Assembly (NCBI GenBank): GCA_011109175.1
Contig: RDEW01000014.1
Location: forward strand, 62,001-126,000
DNA length: 64,000 nt
Source: Dicyema japonicum
Lineage: Eukaryota; Animalia; Dicyemida
Direction of reading: 5' to 3'
The position numbers and the translations under genes are program-made. This document shows, piece by piece, positions 25,820 through 38,689 of the stretch. Within the stretch, counting starts at the first letter, position 1. Each line of letters begins with the position of its first letter. The notes under the pieces are model-generated. The model was not told the origin of the DNA. It did no database searches and saw only the letters and a program-made list of their open reading frames with translations.

Positions 25820-26600
25820 CATGCTCTTTATAGCAGGATACTTGAATTCAAAAGTGGGGAAAAGCGGGACGAATCAAATTGCATGGGCAACCACGCTTGA
25901 GGGATCAGAAATCTGTCCTTATACACTTCTGCTAGACTGTTCCTTTGTAACACGGCGTTCTGACATGCAGCGTGACATAATACGACGTTGTCAGGGCAGA
26001 GGAAAAACTCCTGTAGAAAACTGTGCAGGCAAACACTGAGGAAGGTACCCACGGATTTCCGTTCGTACAGTGCATGATGACCTCAAGTGATAACAGACTA
26101 CTAGTGCCACGTCTCATTCTAGAGCGTACTAGCAGCCATACACGGAGTAGGACCTAGGCGTTGTTTGCTTCCGACAATACCCGTAAAAAGTACGGCGAGA
26201 AAATATCGAAACTGCTTGAAAATTTAGACACGAATATGTCGCCCGGGGTGCTATGGAAGAATATTTCGATCAGAGTTAGTCAGGCTGCTGGGATGGTACT
26301 GGGAATCTTCCAATCAAGTTCAAAGAAACTTTTGACAAAGAAATAGAAGAATTGGCAAAAAACTAAAAGAAATTCCTACTCTTAATTAAGTCTTCAAACT
26401 CGTCAAGCTTCACTGACTATTTTTAAAAGAGAACGCAGCAGAATCATATACAAAATAAAGAGAAGAGTGAGGAAACTAGCCCGGCACACATTGAATAGCT
26501 TGGTAAAAGACGTCGAAAGATACAAACATGGTGGAAGAATGTTTTCTGTAGTTGAACAATTATCTCGCAATACCAGGCCCTGTAAATGACGGAAGGGATA
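25820..26600 (+). mobile_element. RTE-like APE endonuclease plus linker remnant
   Basis: AGYLNSKVG (GDFNxKVG), CMGNHA*GIRN, LFLCNTAF, SSDNRLLV (SDH motif). Confidence 0.7.
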
Positions 26601-26879
26601 ATATTACTACATCATTTCATAATTCATCTAAGCACTACTTTCTACTTTTTGGCTTCTTCAATTCCCAAGACCGATTTGAAGAATAAAATTTTTATACTCA
26701 CGATCTTTTTTGAATGGATTTGATGACAGTCCCCCACAATTAAGATAAAGTTTCGTTTATTTTTCCATAATGCAATTTTTTACAATTAAAAAAATTATGC
26801 AATTTTTATTTTTAAAATTCCAATTTTCTGGTTTCCCTGCTAATTAGACTTAAATACTTTTTCTATATGACGGGAAAAG

Positions 26880-27210
26880 CATCACAAACAATTTTTAAAG
26901 GCTTTTTAGTTTAGCCATACGCCCCAGCATCTTAAGGAAACGAAGGTTTTGTCAACTACTATAGGCTTAATGTGAACCAATCATGCAGCGTTTCAAATTT
27001 TTCTCTTTTGGTTTCATTGCTTTTTCCGCGGCATACCGTTTGTCTACGGAATCCTGACAAAGTTGGATGGAGAGTAGTGGTCAATGAAAGTGGCATCTCA
27101 ATAGCTTCCCCTCCTCGAATGGCAAGATTGTAAATCCGCCCGGCCGTTTTCTATCTCCTCTGTCCAGGCCAACTGTTTAAAGTATGGGGCGATTCGGGCT
27201 CTCATATAAA
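26880..27210 (-). mobile_element. CRE-like REL fragment
   Basis: GLDRGDRKRPGGFTILPFEEGKLL...AAEKA. Confidence 0.7.
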
Positions 27211-28619
27211 AATATGGTTTTACATATTCTTTCACATTTCTGTACCTCTGAGCCTTGAAGCTTGAGTGTGTAGCTTAAGTTGGAGCTTCTGATGAACCAA
27301 CCTAGATTTAACTTAATAAATTAATACTGGTAGTTTTTGTGACTAATTAATACAAAGAAAATAAATAAAAAATTTCAAAAACCCACAAAGATTATGCAGG
27401 ACAAAAATGTATATAATAAATTAATTTAATTAAGTAATTTTATTAATTAAAAAATAAGCAAAAATTCATTATTTAATTAATACAAAGTGGATTTTTGTTC
27501 TTCCGATAACGATCTGTCAAAAGGTCTCATTTAATAGACATTATAAAAACATTTTAAAGTCTAATTTTGACAATTTGTGCAGTCAATTACCTCAGCTGAA
27601 GTACTTACGTTATAAATTATTCAATTTTATAAAAAAAATTTATGATAATTCATCGAAAAGGGAGAGACTTCTTTTTTTCTATTCAGTTAGTGTAAATCCT
27701 ATATAGACGATCCGGTTCATAAGTAAAAAATTTTCTAAGTTACTCACATGAAATGTGAATAAAGTTGTTATAATCGGGTTCTTAAAGCAGATGGTATCAG
27801 CCATTAATGTTTTCCAAAAGTTCATTAGTTGCGTTCTCTAACCACTTAGCTACTTGGCCAGGAAAAATTCCTAAAACATACCACAACAAATTAATTCGAA
27901 TAAACATTCAAAATTACAGAAAAATAATGGAAAACAAAATATAATTATTAGATGTTTTAGTAAAGTTTGGGTTATGAGACGAGTAAGTTTCCAGGAGTTA
28001 TGGTGGAGGTTCGAGCTTTAAATAAAGATTGGGTAACAGACCGAGCTTTAAATACTTTCAGATTCCTATTGGTAGTGTCCTTTAATGCAGAAACAATAGG
28101 CTTAGTGAGTTAGTACTCGAGTTTGGGGGTATATATCGAGTCGTAGGATTTTTTTATTAATAGGATTCGCCTTAATTTTTTCCTTAGTGTTTCTTTAATT
28201 AATATCGTAGCTCATCCTCTTCCAACTGTTGGGTACATTAGATTTCATATCTTCTTGTCCTGCTTGCAGAAAAGTTAAACTCTTGAGGGATCGTTGGCTT
28301 CAGTAACGTGTTTGAAGGACATAATCAAGCTTCTAATTTAATTAATTTTGTTACCTTGATGTCATACAATATTTAATTTGGAATACTTGTAGTAATTATT
28401 CAATAGCGAATAACTTAGGTTTACTGTATCTTTATTTTCTCGCTTACTATAATCAATCAATGATAGTGCATGACACGCCACTGGTTTTTCTAATAGAGTT
28501 ATTCAAAAGAATAACTCAATAAAATTCAAATGAGACTTCCACTCTTTAATTTTATTAGTTACGGCCACTTTCTAATTAGAAGGTTCGTGCCTCTTCGATG
28601 TAGGTTTTTGATAAGAAAC

Positions 28620-29390
28620 CTGTCCAGCAAAGATAATTGTGGATATAACATCAAATGATTTGGGTGGATTATCCTTTATGAGTTTATTTAAACCGATCCT
28701 TTCAGCAATGAGACGGACGTTCAAAAAGATGCAAAAGGTTGATCCCTTTTGGAGAGAGAAAACTGGTCAGGAAACGAAAAAAGTGATCTCTCCCGTTGTC
28801 ATCAAGTTACATAAAAAAGTGGTGACTTTTCATGTCCAATCTTGTACAGGTAAATTTTTGTCTTCACATGTAAAGGTGAACACAGAGAGTCACAAGGAAA
28901 ATAAGATTCACATACATAAATTCCGATTGAGAGCGACAAAGAGGCATGTTAATCCTAGTCTTGGATCGTATTAGTCGACATCCAGTAGTTTATATTTATC
29001 TCCAAAAGTTGGTATTTCCTTTTTTGGAAAGTCAAAAATGGCAGTGGCTAGGTTGTCGGTTTTTGAATGCTTTCAAGAATTGTAGTCCTTGCATCTGGAA
29101 TTGATCAGTAATTGAGAGTATTTTTGACTCCCAGTTGAGTTGATCAATTGGAGTTCTTTTAAGAAAATTTTGGATTTTTTGAGTTTTAAATATTCTTAAG
29201 ACAGACAAGTGCTCCAATTCAGAACTGAATAATTCAACGTTTTTGTAAGAAATTGTCTGTATTCTATTGATAAATTTTCTTTGCTCTGACAACACGACGT
29301 TCCTTACATGGGCAGAGCAAATAGCTTTTCTGCGATTTGTCGCACATAAAACATTTTTCGTGAAGGATAAACACGTATCAAACATCAGTC
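28620..29390 (-). mobile_element. Possible LINE post-RT remnant
   Basis: ICSAHVRNVVLSEQRKFINRIQ weakly resembles LYxxxVRxxLEY...IxxLExVQ. Confidence 0.25.
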
Positions 29391-29559
29391 TTAATATTTT
29401 GGAATTTTAGACAATAGGAGTAGTGTTATTAAGATGCACCATAATTTAAGGTTAAACTGACGACGTTCAGTTGCAAAAACGGTCAATTCCAGTCACTTGT
29501 ATTTAATAAAATATCAAATTAATATTAATTTATTATATTTAATAATAATATAATTCTGC

Positions 29560-31260
29560 TGTTAATGGTTGTTGTTGATAAGAACCATCTAAATTTATTG
29601 GATTATGCGGACTTCTGTGCCGTATTGAGTAAAGAAAACCCAAATCGAACGGCCGCCGAGTTTGTCCGACATGTTTCCGACGCGGATGCTTCTAGGATTC
29701 GTCCTCAGCAAAACAACACGAAATTTCTGGTTTACGAGCAAAAATGTCTTCCTTAACAGCTGATTGTCGAGAACAATGGACTACCTCAATTATTGAAAGC
29801 ACGCGCTCTAGACTCGATTGTGTCCCCAGAGGTGGGTGAGCTATTCTCTTGGAAAGGTTCAAATCTAAGTTTGGAGAGGAAATAACAATGCCTGAGTTCA
29901 GAAGACTGATATACGCTTAAAAACGTTAACAATTGCTAAGAAATGGACATGATTCGAAGGGGACCTCAGATTCTAATCCTGATATGTCTTCGACATTTAT
30001 TGAGGCATAGTTGTTTGCTAGTTGCGAGCGTACTTTTATTGGGGAGTTACGGACGAATCAGTCAATTGACTATTCTTCAAGACCGCGTACGAAAAAAATT
30101 CCTCATGTAAAAGTTGATGTGGATATTCTCGAACGCCTGAACCGTGTTATTAATGCTTGGATTAAATTTCTTCTATTATTTATGCTGGGCAAACTACCAA
30201 TCAAACTCTTACTACAAAGAAATTTGAGCCCTCAAATGGATGGAGGATATGACTAAAAAATTGAACATGGAGATCACATTTTGTTTTTTACGAAGTCTCT
30301 TTCTACTGACGAGAAGTCTATGGAGTGCCATGCTTTGTCGCTAGTTGGTTACAGTGAAAAAACAATCCGGAGAAAGGACCAGAATTATGTTTTTTATCCA
30401 AGATAAGATTAAAGTGATGGAGAAAAAAATATCGAAATTTGATTCGAAAAGGAAATTTCGTATGGACAACCAAATTTACCTCGCTGCATGAATTTATTCA
30501 TACTGAAATGCTCAGGATTTTAAACGGAGTGCGTCTCTGGAAACTGGTTTTTTACTGAAATTGCGTACTTGATCCCAAATTGCGAAGCGCCACAATCTCC
30601 AAAGGACTTACGCCCTATTACGCCCTGTACATGCATGTCGTCACTCTATAAACTTATGACAATGTGTGTCAATGGTAAGCTAGCGGATTATGTGGAAGCG
30701 ATTGGCCTTCTTTCTGAAACCAGATTGAATGAGTAAGTTGAAATCAGAGTTGGCACCTTTATCAAAACGGACATACTTATTGAGCATACAAAGCCAGACC
30801 TGTTCGTTTTTGATAAAAGGAGAAACAAAATTATTTCGGTCGAAGTGTAAATAACATCTTCCCAAAATCTACAGCAGGTTGAATGCGAAAAGCTCAGGAA
30901 GTGATGACCTTTTTTCCAAAGAGTTGGAGTTGATACACCACGCAGAGGTCAAGATTGTCCCGATTGTACTCGCTTGGGATGGCCTAGTGACTTCACATTC
31001 TAGAAAGTATGCCAAATCTTTGAATATAAGTGAAAGAATGTATGGGTATATTCAATCGCTGGTAATCAAGAAGACTTTTGAGAGCATGATTGTATCATAT
31101 ATGAACGAAGTCGACGTTTTGCGGCGTTATGATAAACTTAATGAAGAGGTAAAGGATATTTACTCTCGGTCTAATTATGAAGAAATTCAAGAAAGAGTAT
31201 GAGCGAAGTGATGTCAATAAATATTGAGGAAATGGAAAAAGACTGTGACAATTGGGTTTA
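29560..31260 (+). mobile_element. R4/Dong-like (REL-type) non-LTR retrotransposon, internally deleted
   Basis: YLIPNCEAPQSPKDLRPIT..CMSSLYKLMT (RT N-terminus) joined directly to FIKTDILIEHTKPDLFVFDKRRNKIISVEV*ITSSQNLQQVECEKLRK and KIVPIVLAWDGLVT...YIQSLVIKKTFESM (REL). Confidence 0.85.
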
Positions 31261-31349
31261 CTCGAAGAGAAAACGAATTGGATAGAGAACATTTTAATTA
31301 GAATTAATCTTTTAAGATAGTAAAATAATAATTTGTTTTTTATATTGCA

Positions 31350-31760
31350 ACAAGAAGTAGTTCGACATCAGAAGCAGTCTCACTCGCACAGAAGAAAGTG
31401 GATTGTGTCCATGATAGGTTGATAGCTAACCATCACTCGGTATCGGCTCCAAAATCAACATGAACTCTATTCACCTCCGACCGTCGGTCCAAAAAAGGAC
31501 CAGAATTCTTCACCGGTCAAAGAAAAACCCTCAATCCTGGAAATGAATTACAACAGGAGCTTACTTACCATGCCAAACAAGTCCTCACCAATGGAGTGCA
31601 GAAAATAAATGTCACACGTGCTCTTATCTAGAGACCCCAGTAAATATAAATGAAGCAATCGGAATTATATATCTTATGACAATCGCACATGGACCGTGTT
31701 TCCGCGTCGCCGACATATTACACTTCCAGAAACACTTGATGTTAATCTAAGGCTTGTGAA
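31350..31760 (+). mobile_element. Jockey-like RT C-terminal fragment
   Basis: AVSLAQKKVDCVHDRLIAN..SVSAPKST*TLFT. Confidence 0.5.
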
Positions 31761-31779
31761 AAAGTCCAAGAAGTGGGAC

Positions 31780-32640
31780 GATTTGGACTAGTTGAGGAAC
31801 TGTCTTGCGATCGAAGAGTTTGGAAGAAGTTGGTTAGGAAGATTGTTTCGAATGACGAGTGAAATTATTACTATTATGATTTTACGCATGTTGCTTATAA
31901 TAATAATCGCACCGGGAATGGAATATATCTCTGTTGAATGGAAATAGCGATATCAGAGGCTAAACTTACAGCAGAGAAAAACTATACGTATGCTGGGATC
32001 ACAATGGTGTTAGAAGTTAGACTGTACGATTGATCGGTCAAACACAGTGTGTATTGAAAAATGAATGTCGCAAGAATCATAACAACAGTGACACATCACA
32101 AGGAGACTCAATCTGTCCGGTATCGTTCACTGTATACTTTGAATCTGCTCTACTAGATCTCGGGAAGTATTACAGCGACGAAATTATGGAAATTGTTTAC
32201 AGCGGTGATATTTACTGTGTCAAGTATCAAAGATGCACTAAGACGACCGATAGAGGTAGCACCAGACCGCCGGCTAAATGGTCTTTATTAATGACAATTC
32301 GAAGACGGATATCGTCGATATCAAAAGGACGGAACCACGCAGCACTGAAAACTAGAGAAAAGCCATAAAACTTGGCTTGCTTTTAACGACTCAGAAGACA
32401 TTGTCAGAAAGATATTATAATCTACGGTGACCATACAAAAGGTTTTGAAATGTTGCATCACTCCGACTAAGATTGTATGAGGCTATCGTGAAATTGATCC
32501 TTAAGTATTTCTTGGAAAATGGCGTATCTCGAAAACAGATGACGAAGGCTCGACTCCCTTCATAGGAATCAACTACATTCTCTCTTGGGATTAAGTGGCC
32601 TACACTTTAGTTAGGATTTGGCAGATGCATGCTGAACTAC
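31780..32640 (+). mobile_element. RTE-like fragments (a 3' end followed by an RT core)
   Basis: DTSQGDSICPVSFTVYFESAL...IVYSGD; later LHRNQLHSLLGIKWP. Confidence 0.7.
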
Positions 32641-32644
32641 ACTT

Positions 32645-35600
32645 TACAAATTGGCAGATCCAAGTTCGTGTAAGACGGACCTTCAATGGGTGCTGGAGCT
32701 CGTGGCGTAGATGTTGTGCGCATTTCATTCTCAAGTTGAACTTGGTGTGATTCAAGCTGTCGCTGTATCTGTAAGTTTGTGGAGAAGGATCCAGTTTTGT
32801 TTGTGTTGTTTTGGAGTATTTGATAAGGGTTAACCCAATCGGTGGTCTAGAAAGGGGGCATGGTTAATTTTTATTAATTTTGTGCTTCGTTTTACTGTGT
32901 TCTTTATGGGTAAGGAAGATAAACGTTCTCGTCTTCAAGGAGTGCTTTGATCCGTTTTGGAGTCTTTCAAAGAGAGTTGAATTAACTCACCTGGTCTTAA
33001 TATTTTATTATATGGCACCATTTTGGTTTATATTGCAGTATTCGTAGTAAAATGACGATGCTCCTTATATAGTCAATTCTCCCACCATCGTTCACAACTG
33101 TTTGAACATATTCCTCTTCATTGAGAGTAATCGTGTGTGAGTAAAGCTAGTAGTTTATGTCCTTACATGATTAATTAGAATAATGCATACGCCGTTCTGC
33201 ATAAATCTGAGGAAAACCGTCCGTTCTTTATCACCTATCAAAGTCGATTACTTCTTTAATCGTTTTTTAAGTAAAATTATTCTTTAGAGACAATAGTACA
33301 GCTGTGTAATTCAGTTGTCCAACCAGGATATTAATTAAATCATAATAAATTTGAATTAATTAACACCAATTTTTTATACCTGAAAAAAAACCGATCAAGT
33401 TAGTAAAATGTTAGTATTTTTAACTCCGCAAGTTCCAAGTACATTGTACTTGTACTTAATGGCACTACAGTCTGAAATAACATTATTAATTACGTGATTC
33501 ACATGTTGGCTTTTGAATCCTCTAAATATATTACTTTCGAACATGTACAAGTTATTATTTCTGAGGAGTCACGTGAATTCAAATCTATACTAAAAATAAT
33601 ATCATACGCCTCTAGAATATTGAATGAATCAATGCAAACGATAAGACTATATTATTATTATTAAAAATACTTATTAAATAAACAATGTTGGAAATAACTT
33701 TAAAAATTTGAATAACATTTATTCAGAAGGAAAGAAACTACATTAATTACAAAAAATGTACAGATCTGAAGTAATGATAAATTTTCGCAAATTCGATATA
33801 AATCTGAGAGACTTACATTCAAAAACTTCTATAAATATAAAAATATATATAACATGATGACAATGGTATGTGGGAATGTTTTGTTATCAACAGATTTTAA
33901 ACTTGTTCACTCTACATTGACTATGAATAATTAATACTTAATACAATTGATGTAACTTCATTCCCATTACAGAAAAGTGGCATCAGGTTCAGATTTAATA
34001 TTTTGAATTACTAATGTACTAATTTCAAAATCAGGTAGGCCAGTTATCGAATATGTGCAATTAATCCAATATCTTAATAATTTATATTTGATACAGAGTT
34101 CTTGTACCTACTGTTAATTCGTTTGGGCAAATATTCTGTGATGTCAAAATATCGAATGACAAGTTTAACACGAGAAAAGTGAACATCTATAAGATTAAAT
34201 ACCAAAATAATGAATATACGATTACCACAAGAAATAAAAATTAATACATGAAATGCAGTCGTCATAATTAATAATAATTTTATTATATAAAGTGTTGGAT
34301 TAATCAAATAAAATTAAAAAATAATTTAATTAAATTCACACAATTAACATGGTTTTCCGATTTGTTTAATAACTTTACCATAAAATTTAATAAAGTTGTC
34401 AAAAATGTTTAATAACTTTGCCACAAAGTTTAATAACTTTATCAAAATGTTTAAAAATTGTGTCAAAAAGTTTAATTCCTTTTGAGTGATGTTTAATTAC
34501 AGGTCAAATTGCGCGAAAATCAAATTTTAAGTGAATCTGAAGAGGGGCTACGCACATTGACACTTCAGAAGGTAACTCACAATAACCAAATCTTTTGTTG
34601 TCTATCTGGTAGCTGCTCTTCGTTATCTGAGAGCTAAAAATTGTCCTACTTCTATCTAGGAATTAATATATGCGGATGACCTGGATTTTGGTTTTGAGGC
34701 ATCAATGATATCTAATTCTTTTTCAGACAAGAGTACTGCAGGGCAAATGAGTTATTTTTTTCCGACAAGAGTCTCATGGTAATTTAATTGGTATAATTTT
34801 GGAGGATTAGACGTGAAGTTAACACAAAGCATTATGAAGTGTTAGCCTGAGCATGATGGGAGAATCTTTTGCCTTTTTAGAATCAAATATATGATATTGT
34901 CGCTCTCTCGAATTGATTTTATGTGAAATATTAAAAAATCGAATAAGGTAATCGTTTGATGACAAAATAATTTTTCTGTGCGATTTTGGCTACAGATTGA
35001 TCTATCAATAAAAGCTTTCAACTCCGATATTCATTTCTATTGAAAGTAAAAATAGGTCATGTATCTCTTGACATTAAAATTAGGTCAACCGTTAAAGTAA
35101 TTTTAAATATACATTTGATGACTATAGATGCCATTAGTATCCATACTATTATTCGCAACCAAATGTGGATGCTATTAGTTTATACTGACCTTACCCTTTA
35201 TTCGTATTTCCGGATATGTGGACGTTTATGAGGACATTTTTTTAATCATCTAAATTACCGAATTAATCTGAAATCGAATTAAGATGTTTTTAAAAAAAAA
35301 AGTTCCTTGAGGGCAATATGATGCTAAAAGGTCTGCTTCAAGATGACTAGAAATTATTCAACAAATGCTTGGTTGGATGTTTATCAATGTGGTAAAATTG
35401 GCAACCTTCTGACGACGAGGCAGTGAGAATTGCTGTCTTGCTCCGTTTTGACCTTAATTTTGTGTTAAATGAAAATGCACTTGTGGACGCTGAATCGATG
35501 ACTATCAACCTTTAAGTTGAATATTGGTTGTCCTCGACATGAGGTAACAACTTGACATTAAAAAATGCACACTCTCTGCTGGCTATCACTAGTTTCTTCC

Positions 35601-35672
35601 TTTGGGATGGCAACGCCCCGAAGGGACAACGATATTCCCTTTCGCTAATGGTCGAAACATGGCTTGGGCCGT
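32645..35672 (-). repeat. Inverted segmental duplication, copy 2 (partner 12721-15795)
   Basis: Reverse-complement collinearity with copy 1; ends where a Jockey-like RT fragment begins at ~35672. Confidence 0.95.
33000..34265 (-). pseudogene. Unidentified intron-rich gene, disrupted (copy 2)
   Basis: Begins MTTAFHVLIFISC; same exon/intron layout as 14150-15410; stops present. Confidence 0.5.
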
Positions 35673-35915
35673 CTTGAAAGGCTTGTTCTGGAAAAGTACA
35701 AGACTCGATCTCAATAATTTTGACATACTACAGATTCCGGGGTAACCACACAACCCTCACACAATTCATTGCGGAATGATTTAGCTCTCCCAAACCACAT
35801 CAGAAGACAGTACTTATCTCCGTGGACATCACAAAAGCGTTTGACTCAGTTCCTAGGAAACTCCTTACAAAGATCCTGAACATATCATAGCATTCCTTCC
35901 GTCCTTGGATAGTTG
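35672..35915 (+). mobile_element. Jockey-like RT fragment
   Basis: FRGNHTTLTQ...KPHQKTVLISVDITKAFDSVPRKLL. Confidence 0.8.
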
Positions 35916-36130
35916 TTCCTCGTAACTAATTATTGGCTAGATTGTTTAATATCAACACTCAGATCTTCTGATGAATTGAACAACATAGCATGTAGAGGTT
36001 TTCTTTTTATCATTTCTAATAGCTCCATTTGTTGTACATCCTTTAGCTGTTTTATATTACATTCCCTTGTCTCTAAGCGATATTTTCCAGCTAAGAATCC
36101 TACGATTGTGGCCATATGATTTTTCTTGCT
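35913..36130 (-). mobile_element. R4-like post-RT fragment
   Basis: KRKPLHAMLFNSSEDLSVDIKQSSQ resembles the KxLHGx...SxxWL region of R4-group elements. Confidence 0.5.
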
Positions 36131-36131
36131 T

Positions 36132-37400
36132 TCAATAATAAAAATAATATTCAGATTGCAGTAAGTTTAGTTTTTGGATAGTGGCCTCTGATAACGCGAA
36201 TCTCCACTCAGCTGAGGCAAATTCCACGGCCGGCGCAATTGTCTGGCCGTATATGATTCCAATTGGTTTATTCATATTCCCTGGGTCTTCTGGATGAGGG
36301 CCCGTATGACATTCAATTAACAATGATTTTTTTATTTGATTGAACCAAAAAACCACCGTCATATCTAAAATAAACAAATTCAGGTGATCCCAGCCTCCCT
36401 TACCAGTCTCCGCATCTTTTCTCGGTGTTCCGACTGCGTTCCTGCGCATTTCCGAAATGGACGGGGTCCGCATACCAGAGTCCTTTGCAGAGGCACTGTG
36501 CCAGTCGCCTTATCATATTTTCTAGGTTTCTAGGCAGTATTTCCACTCGGGAATATTTCCTTAGTAGGTTTGCTGCCTTCACTTGAATGTTCCATATCTT
36601 GTCCAATTTCGTTGCAGAAAGGTTAGATCTCCAGATATTCAATGAGCCAGCTCCTCTCTCACATAACTATCCCTTTTCAGCTTACCTCATCCGGTGAGGT
36701 AAGCTGATCCGTCTCTCTGAGTGGGGTCCTTGTATTTTTCGCTGGACCGATTTCAATAACAATAGCTTCCCTCTCGTGTCGGCCTGTTGGGTTGACAACC
36801 ATAATGGGTGCTTTGCGTTTAAATCACCACATATGATGATCTCATCGTAGATAGCCAATCTTGATAGGTTTGAAATAACATAGTCCTTTGGGCAGGAGCC
36901 AGGAGGAGGCAAGTAGATATTCACTTCCAACAAGTTTCCTCACTTCCGAAGTAATGTCTCTGCATTTCAGGTTCTTTTTGAATAGAGTGAGTAGTCCACC
37001 CCTCTTTTCTTTTTACGGTCCATTCTGATTGCCTCGTATCCAGGGAATGAAGGAGTGGAATCATGCATGCGGAGTTTAGCTTCTTGAATCATGGCCATGT
37101 CGATCTTCTGATTTGCCAGGATTGAACGGAGTTCCCTGACCTTGCCTTTAATTCCGTTGATGTTTAGTTGGAGAGCAGTAAATTTCTTTTCACCACAGTG
37201 GGCTGAAAGTTTTCGCCGGGGGTATGTTTGGACTTTCTTGAAACACATCGCCGGGGTTCGATAATGACCCCGGGGGGAAGGGGTCTAATTGTCCTTTTTG
37301 CGAGGGTATTAGAAGCCTTCTGGGCGTTGCCAAATCGTTTTGAATTTTTTGAATTGGTGGACCACATAACGCCACGCTACAATTTAATAGCCATTTTTTT
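36132..37400 (-). mobile_element. APE-type LINE with a large internal deletion, preceded by a degenerate 2A-like motif
   Basis: FTALQLNINGIKGK...IDMAMIQEAKL...GYEAIRMDR, VNIYLPP...IICGDLNAKHPLW, then IYGQTIAPAVEFASAEW...IQKLNLLQ (post-RT). Confidence 0.9.
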
Positions 37401-37715
37401 GAAGCTGTTTCATTAGAAACAGCTTGATGTCCGTTTTTGCAGGCATAATAAATTTCATTCAACAAAGTCTATAAAATTTAAATAAAATATATTTTTTAAG
37501 TATATAAATAAAACAACTGTTTTACATTCGACGATGCAGCTTCTGTGATTACTAACAAAACCCACAAATCGTCGGGTTTGAATAAGGAAGGAAGAATAAA
37601 ATTGAAGCGTAAAATTTGGAGAGATAGTTGTCCCTGTTAAATTATTCTGAGAAATACAAAATCCTATAAAAACTGACTGTCTCATGCAAATAGAGAAATG
37701 GCCACTGGAATCTTC

Positions 37716-38490
37716 CTTTATTATTATTATAAGCACTTATCGCTATGTCATAGGACTTGACAAAGCATGTGCAACACGAGTTATCAAATCACTGGTTAGT
37801 TTCATCCACTTCCTCCTATTCAAAGCCGCAGCGCGCAACCAGTCCAGATCCTTTCCACTTCCAAGATGCCGTCCCATTTCTTTGAGGTCCTCGTCGAGAA
37901 CGACTGCCAGTGTCGTCCTTGGGCGACCACGGAAACCGAAGGCCTCCAACATGAAGTAATCTTCCATGGCTACGTTCGCGGGGGCATCTAGGTCCAGTCG
38001 CAGAATATGGCCGAAAAGCCTCCATCGTGTATCCAGAATCTCATTAGAAATTTCTGAGGTCTTCGTCCTCTTATAAAGAAGATTAGATGACATCCTCGTA
38101 TCATTTCTTTCGAACATAAACGCATTAAGCCTCTTCAATTCATTTCTTGAGCAGGCCCAGCTACCAGCGTTATATAGTAGTATGGGTTTCACTAGCGAGT
38201 TGTATAATCGAGTTTTTGTTATAATGTCAAGGCCCTTTTTGTGAAGCCAGATGTTCTTTAATCTGGAGAGGGCAGTTTGTGCTAGGGTTTTCCTTCTCGT
38301 AATTTCTTCATGGTCTCCTAGGAGGGAGCCAAGCTTTTTGCATTTGCTCCAGTACTCCTCCGTCCTTGTTTCTTCCCTCTTGAGTTTAGTTACGTCAGTC
38401 TTGTCCGGATTTACTGTTAGGAACCATTCGGCTAGTCTTCCAGACACTTCCTCCATCAAGCGGGTGAGCGGTATTTTGTCATTTGAAATA
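37716..38490 (-). mobile_element. 5'-truncated RTE-like LINE with a 238-aa open C-terminal ORF and (TAA)n tail
   Basis: LTVNPDKT, KKLGSLLG, KTRLYNSLVKPILLYN, RWRLFGHILR, FRGRPRTT; TAATAATAATAA tail ~12 nt after the stop. Confidence 0.92.
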
Positions 38491-38689
38491 AAGAGTCTTA
38501 AAGAGTTAAAGATTATTTAAATACAACTAAGAACATAAAGTAATTTTTATTTAAATTTTAAATATTTTTTAATAACTTATTATTATAATGTAATCTATGT
38601 TAAACCAAATTAATTCTATTTGTAATTTACTAAGCAAATTAGTTCATTGTCATAAATAACACTTTTCATCCTTTCCCTCATAACTGCCT

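Noticed and set aside
27831-27859. tRNA-like A box on the minus strand (GCCAAGTAGCTAAGTGGTTAGAG)
   Set aside because: No pairing anticodon stem and no T-loop/B box follow; not a tRNA.
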